32,000 nt of DNA, taken from assembly GCA_943789275.1 (NCBI GenBank), contig CALSTM010000002.1:690001-722000 (forward strand), in the 5' to 3' direction. Within the stretch, counting starts at the first letter, position 1. Every line of letters starts with the position of its first letter. This DNA comes from Candidatus Poseidoniaceae archaeon. Its GTDB lineage: Archaea; Thermoplasmatota; Poseidoniia; Poseidoniales; Poseidoniaceae. Below, one piece after another: positions 27,501 to 32,000 of the stretch. The position numbers and the translations under genes were made by a program. Under the pieces are notes generated by a model. That model saw only the letters and a program-made list of their open reading frames with translations, ran no database searches and was not told the DNA's origin.

Positions 27501-29912
27501 AGACTCTCGAACGAAGTAACTACGGCCAACGGCCAACCTCTCGTTGATGGTGAAGAATACTATGCTGTAATCGTGGTCGAATACGATGATGGGCACCTCG
27601 GCACACCATCTCCAGTTTTGGGCCCAGCCTCTCCAAGCAACGAAATCCCACTCTCACCTGCATGGGCTATTGCAGGACCGCACGATGGTGGAGCAGACGG
27701 GGACTTAGAGATTGAATGGGCACGTTGTACATCCCTCGACCTTGCCAGCACCATAATTTACACATCAACAAACCCAATGACCGACCTCCTTGGACTGCCC
27801 GTAGAAGAAGAGATAATGAAAGAAGAAGGCAACATGACTGTCCTCTCACTGGACGCTGGACAACCGTACTGGCTTGGATTGACCTGCGTTGATGAATCAG
27901 GACAAGAAGATCTGATGAATCCTCTCATCATCGGGCCAGTCGTCCCAACCGGTGGCTTGAACGACAATACTGCTCCTCCAAAAATGGTCAACGTCGAGGC
28001 AATTGACACACCTGACGATGACGGCGGTCGAATCACAGTTTCATGGGACGCAAACACGGCAGAAGATTGTACATTCTACGCCATCTACATCCGTATGTCA
28101 ACTGGTAATTTTGATGGTGAATCGATACCATCAGCCTCGGTTGAAGGTGATGAATTCAGCCAAGCGAAAATCATTGATGATTGTGCGGAAACATCGACTA
28201 CGGTAACCAGTGTCGATGGTGTTGCACTCCAGGATGGTCAAGCGTACTACGTCGGCATCGTTGCCTACGATGACTGGCTAAACGCAAACCTCGTCGATGT
28301 CGAACTTGTTCAAGTCACCCCACTGCGTAACACCGCTGGAACCGGTTCGGTGCCAGACAGAGTTGGAACGGTGAATGCCTTTGACCATCCCGACGATGAC
28401 GGTACAGCCATTGACGTCATTTGGTCGATTTCTGATGCTGATGACTTCTCTCACTACATTGTTTGGGCTGCTGACAAACCCCTTGCTGACCTTTCAGTGG
28501 CATGGGCTGCCTTTGGCGATGATGCCACAAAGTGTGCCTGTTTGAAAATCAATAAACAATGGATTGATGAAGAGTACAACCCAATCGAACTCTCGATATC
28601 CACTGCTTTGTACGGCGGAGATTCAATCGTTGATGCTACACCTCAAATTATCAAACCTGGCGTAGAACTCTATGTTGTTGTCACCGTTCATGACCTTGCT
28701 GGAAATGTTTACCTCACCGAACTTCCACAAGCTACAGTGGTACCAATCGACAATTTGCAAGATGTTGTTGCGCCTGCGCCGCTTGATGCACTCGAACTGT
28801 ATGACCGTCCAAACGATGGCGGTGGCGCCCTTCTGCTCGACTTTGAACTCAGTAATGAGAGCGATGTCGCAAACTACGAAGTCTATGCCGCCACATGGTC
28901 GTTTGATGCGGTTGGCATGGGAAGTACGGGCCCTGCCACACCAGTTGCTGTTCTCTCACGATTACCAGAATTGCCACTCACCATCGAAGTGGTCGCCGGC
29001 GATACTCCGGTGATTGCTGGACAGGAAATTTGGGCCGCTGTTGTTGTCAGAGATACCGCTGGAAACGCACAAGAAATAAATCTCGTGAGTGTTTCTGCCC
29101 AATCGGTCGATGATGGCGTGGATGACCTTGGCGGGTACCTTGACGAGATTGAGGACATATCGCTCACATGGAACGATGAAAAGAATATCTTGGTTGAATG
29201 GACGCATTCTGCAGAATCAACAGTTCGTGGATATCGCATCTACATTTCAGACATTGATTTCGATACGATTGAAGATGCGGACTTCGTAGTTGAAGTGAAA
29301 GCATCGAACTCGTTCTTGATCACGCCCAGCAATTACCAACTCCTCAAGAATACTTCAGCATGGTATGTCGCAGTAACTCCGTTTGACGACCTGTTCGAAA
29401 GAGAGGAAGTGAACACGGTCATGCTCGACGTTTTCGGCAAAGACACACAAAACGGCGATGGTCAAGATTCAGCCAATGAAAATGACTTCTCCTCGCTTTT
29501 GACCACTCCAAACCTACTGGCGGCTGGTCTGCTGGCTGTTGCTCTTCTCTTGCTTGTAGCCATTGTTCGCTCACGAGGCGGACAAAAGAGCCGTAACCGC
29601 ACACTTGAGCTGCAAGAAGCAACATGGGGTATACAGAACGACGATTGGGATTCATTTGGCGCTCCAGTTGCTCCACCGCCAATGCCAACAGCACCTGCTG
29701 CGAGTGTTCGCCAAGGACAAGCGAACGATATCTATGCGGCCGCTCAAAGAATCGAAAACCAAGACCTCTATGGAAGACCTGCATACCAAACCTCACAACC
29801 CGTCATGCAACCTGCACAAAACAATGCATTGCTCAATGACCTTGCAGAGCCAAACGCCCCGCAACTGCCTCAAGCAAGCATTGATACCTCATTCTTGGAT
29901 GACCTACTTTGA
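21564..29912 (+). CDS. giant (2,782 aa) type-I membrane surface protein: signal peptide, multi-beta-propeller region, six FN3-like modules, TM helix, cytoplasmic P/Q-rich tail
   Basis: Uninterrupted 8,349-nt ORF. Signal-like RRALLLVILMLLSSAAPILTFSGVSA. More than 20 blade-like repeats, for example GLARYDWNSGFWLSTWT, GIARYDIPNNAWLTLWT, GVARYNQTSDQWLSLWE and GVGRWDYAAADWLNPLTAADGLPTN. Six FN3-like modules. TM LLAAGLLAVALLLLVAIV followed by RSRGGQKSRNR and a ~110-aa tail ending SFLDDLL. Confidence 0.93.
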   Translation: MRSDSNVKPPQRDTRRALLLVILMLLSSAAPILTFSGVSAHESAVDTIWPQEGSNDTGWVQLDATGASPGSPNQATADWTLEFAPGAELSNVSFQVRVDGSDGLMIEEPMLIASDIGVNLLDWRGLGMLGSQDSFTGPNPYSGRLSPNSDSGATWTLPSDAEITELVIEALAPVDPVVALAPLELRITATAIHPQDGRMYLAIDNSLMTLDYSNDPIVIDIMEMDSDIRDLVIDTSNNLLHILSGEDGFSAYSLDDTSEQSGLTAPTFWPESSSQPSYDVFYLASNGFVYAAYGNGIAQWDGLNWTFPMTKLTSGKALDIAEVNGVLYVSFDDEGVVRWDLNSGSALSTWSTANSLHSDEIVEMMVSGNQILFASPDSGLARYDWNSGFWLSTWTDGNWLASNSINGMARSGVDLFILSGDTLHIYDTTSGVFTSSQVISNFGLTGDGSDLIVWPAIGDRAPTSELLLLGNGFGSFAELTPNPALTQTGTLLIGSGPTSSSMQDATELNGVVFVAADDYMNRFDSQASRWLQPIYLGTTVNQLMNDGSHVFIASESGLHKMHSNGSLLQTWNSANTDLNQDEVIRVDSDGTHAVAISGEGEMLVVELDGASLPAVEQYDYAAVDLALFSNTVHLATDDSGVLRYELTNESWLTPWISTGVNGADNVPISVIGDILYFGIPGYGVARKDMSTGELMIPLTAASNNPGQGSATSSLPSDNIYALESDGFNLYIGTQQGARKWDGNQMTTFGQGSSWDTRPQQFFDFVAVSSISGGSLYAATNIGVCKYSIATLGINECLNVYDGMPNWATYSVEADSYGYIYGGTNSGVGIISASPYDVIGTWEAGEQTQNAPVAVVGDVAFIALDGIGIARYDIPNNAWLTLWTDDNVLDNGNEDATALSPDINPNLIWVGGADGFQLLNATTGNEVYDIEKSSSLFAGNGDPLDMILKGDIMYYHDGTSSDNLYRFNAQNFTALSALDAGAQIGQNNGDVNGMSLVGDMIMISIASQNWWQVDGSGGIAQWDTINNTWGDNILPIGQVDRVTAYQSSNGNMWVAWGENSLQYMAANGTVLGEWDDDDFNFPIREILEYNGEVLFATEDGVARYNQTSDQWLSLWEEGNGLPNNAGSRIYELWTDGTNLVVGGGDVSGFGQFQGGSVSHWNGNTWSQYSMGSGGTPGGYPISMAECGGLLHIGIYANNGGVARLDMANDTFVGSFTRTDLGEGEVSGVACDATDTLYVAFYEDDADIMKYGYSSGTWLTPITTATNNLPSDRVWWDAMDYANGQLVLGHGLGTNGDNIIGGGYTTIATSGNSNAQASVNGAGSSVTSFQRVNNQWLIGQAGSSSGFSKVLTISPLGQNTIASLPGLASGQVTTMTGNSTHLWVTTAGTIATSTGFGQPSGAGLLQGERQSDGSILWQDGWIMAANSKAQDAELIGTDLYISTSPTGLYKLDTLTGAVTRLSGGLHNNLDGMVRDGTTLVLGLMGSGGSAPGVQLYDIQTGYGNGKLIGGLPSNAVNNFAATTDVLYIATNGGVGRWDYAAADWLNPLTAADGLPTNLVEDVLVEGNYLWMATRAGLARMDLTTNNTIVYTSVSGLMGTSTMSLTSAVNTVTNSDGTVFSETTLFIGHDGAGNERPAVTTIGLTSGDIIGHEFDQLPSNNVDALASDYWGIHVATDIGPMVHWNSSSNFFESGISSFQIFGWPVEKMVSDGEHVLVFGGSGVSIIEARTNTHPNIKMISMPELTGGTLSSDYIWLTTDANGMFGYQNNAQYTEVDRISVRYANPLNVGFNLASQDISDLTNPGMSITLADLDSTVSLDSTQGVVGTNGILFQTVPLAFTSPVNNAATWAQSKSLKYNATIELNNNPDFETSLQLAVQNGVIVNGTQFLQLSLYSPSNGSMQVRLIYDYVRTETPITLTGLIDRPDDGGGALLANWSLVHDDNFARYLVYVNEGPFESETGLALTADDLAGRTIDKAISLHSRLSNEVTTANGQPLVDGEEYYAVIVVEYDDGHLGTPSPVLGPASPSNEIPLSPAWAIAGPHDGGADGDLEIEWARCTSLDLASTIIYTSTNPMTDLLGLPVEEEIMKEEGNMTVLSLDAGQPYWLGLTCVDESGQEDLMNPLIIGPVVPTGGLNDNTAPPKMVNVEAIDTPDDDGGRITVSWDANTAEDCTFYAIYIRMSTGNFDGESIPSASVEGDEFSQAKIIDDCAETSTTVTSVDGVALQDGQAYYVGIVAYDDWLNANLVDVELVQVTPLRNTAGTGSVPDRVGTVNAFDHPDDDGTAIDVIWSISDADDFSHYIVWAADKPLADLSVAWAAFGDDATKCACLKINKQWIDEEYNPIELSISTALYGGDSIVDATPQIIKPGVELYVVVTVHDLAGNVYLTELPQATVVPIDNLQDVVAPAPLDALELYDRPNDGGGALLLDFELSNESDVANYEVYAATWSFDAVGMGSTGPATPVAVLSRLPELPLTIEVVAGDTPVIAGQEIWAAVVVRDTAGNAQEINLVSVSAQSVDDGVDDLGGYLDEIEDISLTWNDEKNILVEWTHSAESTVRGYRIYISDIDFDTIEDADFVVEVKASNSFLITPSNYQLLKNTSAWYVAVTPFDDLFEREEVNTVMLDVFGKDTQNGDGQDSANENDFSSLLTTPNLLAAGLLAVALLLLVAIVRSRGGQKSRNRTLELQEATWGIQNDDWDSFGAPVAPPPMPTAPAASVRQGQANDIYAAAQRIENQDLYGRPAYQTSQPVMQPAQNNALLNDLAEPNAPQLPQASIDTSFLDDLL
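22150..26880 (+). repeat. protein-level repeat region: beta-propeller blade-like units (two-component-regulator-propeller-like) inside the giant ORF
   Basis: A recurring ~45-70-aa unit with G-[VLI]-x-[RK]-[YW]-[DNE] ... W[LI]..[WL] and often N.LPSN/D. Examples lie at about 22697-22750, 24158-24212, 24856-24910 and 26155-26300. The repeats are diverged at DNA level. Boundaries are approximate. Confidence 0.55.
27321..29430 (+). repeat. protein-level tandem array of six FN3-like modules (~110-140 aa each) inside the giant ORF
   Basis: Module starts: DRPDDGGGALLANWS (27321), GPHDGGADGDLEIEWA (27675), DTPDDDGGRITVSWD (28005), DHPDDDGTAIDVIWS (28383), DRPNDGGGALLLDFE (28803), EDISLTWNDEKNILVEWT (~29150). 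Each has a later aromatic Y-x-V/I-Y/W strand and a G-x-x-Y/W-hydrophobic4-x-D-x-x-G-N/x strand, for example GQAYYVGIVAYDDWLN and GQEIWAAVVVRDTAGN. Confidence 0.6.
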
Positions 29913-29921
29913 GGCGTGTCA

Positions 29922-30710
29922 ATGAGTCTGGATAGGTCGGCTGGCCCGCGCAGCGAGGTATTTACCACCGCTTTATGGGACGGAGAGTTCGCTCTTGCTG
30001 ATTGGCATCTCCATTTAGCAAGGCTGACAGAACATGCCAAACTACTGCGTATCGAATTACCTGAAAACATGCCTCAACAACTTGAAACGCTGCTTCAACA
30101 GGAGCGTTCCTTGAAAAAAACGACTCAATCCCATGAACCGAAGTTGTTGGTAAAAATCAAGTGCACACAAGATGGAGAGCTGAGCGTCGATTCTCGAAGT
30201 ATTGATTTCCGAAATGAGGAAGTTGATGCCATCACTGTAGAGGCTCCAAGATGGTCAAGTAAAGTAAACGGCACCAAGCATGGAGATTGGCAAGCGTATA
30301 TCGATGCTCGACACGATGCGGAAAAGAAAGGAGTCGATGTCGCCTTGCTGGTACACGACTACGCCATCGTCGATGCAGACCGGGCTTTGCCCGTTGTCCT
30401 CGATGAAGACGGTGTAGCATGGGTTGCTGCGCACAATGAAGGTGGAGTGGAAAGCATAACGTTTGAAATCCTGTCCCAACAACTGCAAAATGCCGGCATA
30501 CCGGTCCAACATGGAAGACTCAATGAAAGGCTGGTAGCACGTGCTTCCGAAATAATAACCCTTGGAAGTGGTACTGGGGCGTGCCGAGTTTTATCGCTTG
30601 ATGACGAATCGATTGGTGACGGCAATATGCTTTCATCGCTCTGCCAAACTCTTCTCGAAAACCACTATCAGAAAAACGAAACGTGGTCCGATGTGAGGTT
30701 GTTAAAATGA
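29922..30710 (+). CDS. pabC: aminodeoxychorismate lyase-like fold-type IV PLP enzyme (PabC-like)
   Basis: WHLHLARLTEHAKLLRIE (the H..RL..S motif region), candidate catalytic Lys in VNGTKHGDWQAYIDARHDAEKKGVDVALLV, and later ASEIITLGSGTGACRVLSLDD. An in-frame GTG at 29916 is an alternative start. The function is supported by a 4-bp ATGA overlap with pabB downstream. Confidence 0.75.
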   Translation: MSLDRSAGPRSEVFTTALWDGEFALADWHLHLARLTEHAKLLRIELPENMPQQLETLLQQERSLKKTTQSHEPKLLVKIKCTQDGELSVDSRSIDFRNEEVDAITVEAPRWSSKVNGTKHGDWQAYIDARHDAEKKGVDVALLVHDYAIVDADRALPVVLDEDGVAWVAAHNEGGVESITFEILSQQLQNAGIPVQHGRLNERLVARASEIITLGSGTGACRVLSLDDESIGDGNMLSSLCQTLLENHYQKNETWSDVRLLK

Positions 30711-32000
30711 ATCTCGACATCTTGGCTCTACAGAACCACATGCGCGAAGTTGGGTTATCAGGGCCAAAAGCAGTTCACTATGGAGGGCCTGATGAAGTCC
30801 TGTTGTGCTCTTCAGGACCTCACTCTCATCTCGCTGAATATTCGATTTTATGCGGCCCATCCCGACGACGAGTTTTGGTTCGTCAACCGAAAAATATGGA
30901 GTCTGTACAAGCGCATAGTCCTCTTCGGGGCGAGATTTCTCTGCATCAAGAAAAGAAAACGTTCACCGCCCAAGTTGAAGAATGGAAGCATGGATGCTGG
31001 TACCATTCTACGTCCATATTTGCAAAAGGGCTGGACGAGTTGATGGAAAAGTTACGTGATTTGACCTCAACAGCGTGCTTTGAGCAACGGCCTGCTTCAA
31101 AAATGCCTCAACGACCGTTTTGGACTGGCGCATTTGCTTACGACATGGTTCAATGGACGCAACCACTTCGGTTACAAAACCAACCGAAGCAGGATGAACT
31201 GCTTACGATTCTGTGGCTGGTTGAGCGAATGGTCGTCCAAGACCGTTCTACAGAATCAATGACTGTCCATGCTCTTCAAAACGACGATTGGGCTCAAAAA
31301 GTTAGCCTCAACCTCGACCTATTTCCGGCCCTGGATGACCTTGAAGCCCCCCTCAAATCCCAAGAAACAAGTTCGTTATCTGACCAGAAGCATGAAGCCA
31401 TCATTGACGACATTCGAGAGAGTATTCGAGACGGTCAAATGTACCAAGTCAATGTTGGCCGGTGGTGGGATGGAAGACTCACTGAACACCCAAGGCGTAT
31501 CTTTCAAAGGTTAAGCCAAACAAACCCCGCTCCATTTTCGGCATTCCTTTTCGCACCCGATCTCGGTCTTTCGCTGGTGTGTTGCTCACCAGAATCTCTC
31601 ATCCAAAGCGACGGTTCAAAGGTATTTACATCTCCAATCAAGGGCACTCGACCGCGTGGCGAAAACGACGAAAAAGAACTTCAACTTCGTGACGAAATGG
31701 TTCGAGATGAAAAGGAACGAGCCGAGCATCGAATGCTGGTTGATTTGATGAGAAACGATATTGCTACCGTCGCTCGAGTTGGCAGTATACAGGTCGAACG
31801 TTTTGATGTCGAAGCATACGCGCATGTACAACACCTCGTGACTCACCTTTCTGCTGATTTAGAAGACGGGAAGAACGGGGTTGATGCCATTCACAATGTG
31901 TTTCCAGGCGGGAGTATCACCGGCTGCCCTCGTACCGTCGTATGTGCTGCAATCGATGAAATTGAGCAACGGCCGCGCTCGTTTTGGACGGGTTCCATCG
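30707..32000 (+). CDS. pabB: aminodeoxychorismate synthase component I (chorismate-binding enzyme, PabB/TrpE family); 3' end runs off the right window edge
   Basis: Not in the ORF track because it has no stop in-window. Manual translation from ATG 30707 is open to the window end: MNLDILALQNHMREVGLSGP...DGQMYQVNVGRWW...CCSPESLIQSDGSKVFTSPIKGTRPRGENDEKELQLRDEMVRDEKERAEHRMLVDLMRNDIATVARVGSIQVERF...VFPGGSITGCPRTVVCAAIDEIEQRPRSFWTGSI. These are the classic chorismate-utilising motifs. The track ORFs 30750..31043, 31080..31262, 31269..31514 and 31616..31846 are off-frame shadows. Confidence 0.9.
   Translation, partial: MNLDILALQNHMREVGLSGPKAVHYGGPDEVLLCSSGPHSHLAEYSILCGPSRRRVLVRQPKNMESVQAHSPLRGEISLHQEKKTFTAQVEEWKHGCWYHSTSIFAKGLDELMEKLRDLTSTACFEQRPASKMPQRPFWTGAFAYDMVQWTQPLRLQNQPKQDELLTILWLVERMVVQDRSTESMTVHALQNDDWAQKVSLNLDLFPALDDLEAPLKSQETSSLSDQKHEAIIDDIRESIRDGQMYQVNVGRWWDGRLTEHPRRIFQRLSQTNPAPFSAFLFAPDLGLSLVCCSPESLIQSDGSKVFTSPIKGTRPRGENDEKELQLRDEMVRDEKERAEHRMLVDLMRNDIATVARVGSIQVERFDVEAYAHVQHLVTHLSADLEDGKNGVDAIHNVFPGGSITGCPRTVVCAAIDEIEQRPRSFWTGSI

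Noticed and set aside
27321-28830. The D-x-P-D-D-D-G-G motifs as thrombospondin type-3 or RTX-like calcium-binding repeats
   Set aside because: The spacing (one motif per ~120-aa module) and the surrounding strand pattern fit an Ig/FN3-like domain N-terminus. They do not fit contiguous DxDxDGxxDxxD or GGxGxD nonapeptide arrays.
21564-29912. The giant ORF as a pseudogene or assembly artefact
   Set aside because: It has no internal stops over 8,349 nt, a coherent domain order (signal peptide to TM to tail) and diverged rather than identical repeats. These argue for a real intact gene.
1-32000. CRISPR arrays, rRNA genes, IS elements, prophage or defence islands
   Set aside because: I saw no regularly spaced direct repeats, no transposase, integrase or Cas-like ORFs and no rRNA-like segments while reading both strands.

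Overview
This is a densely coding chromosomal segment with about 27 CDS and 1 tRNA. I saw no rRNA, CRISPR array, transposase or integrase.

Gene content points to an archaeon. Archaeal-type genes present are RadA recombinase, FtsZ, a Fap7/AK6-type kinase, a CDP-alcohol phosphatidyltransferase and an initiator-type tRNA-Met. These sit among bacterial-looking metabolic genes: an E. coli-like NADP isocitrate dehydrogenase, a MaeB-type malic enzyme, RlmH, a PduO-type adenosyltransferase and PabC/PabB. This mixture, the very tight gene packing and the giant surface protein suggest a streamlined planktonic euryarchaeon, possibly Marine Group II/III-like. That assignment is inference only.

Two genes are missing from the supplied ORF track because they run off the window edges. 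I found them by manual translation: the phosphatidyltransferase at 1..500 (-) and pabB at 30707..32000 (+). Many track ORFs begin at TTG or GTG, and I revised several starts using in-frame ATGs, SD-like motifs and neighbouring-gene constraints.

The most interesting objects are:
- An uninterrupted 8.3-kb ORF (21564..29912). It encodes a 2,782-aa type-I membrane protein with more than 20 propeller-blade-like repeats, six FN3-like modules bearing a D-x-P-[DN]-D-G-G motif, one TM helix and a P/Q-rich cytoplasmic tail.
- A 1,133-aa protein (8584..11985, -) with an RGG-like box, about 800 aa of helical-repeat-like sequence and a C-terminal PIN nuclease domain with all four acidic residues. This is a SMG6/PRORP-like layout and is unusual for an archaeon.
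- All seven convergent gene junctions have 3 bp or less of spacer, or overlap.

No classical defence, mobile or secondary-metabolite system is evident. All family assignments come from motif recognition by eye, not from database searches.
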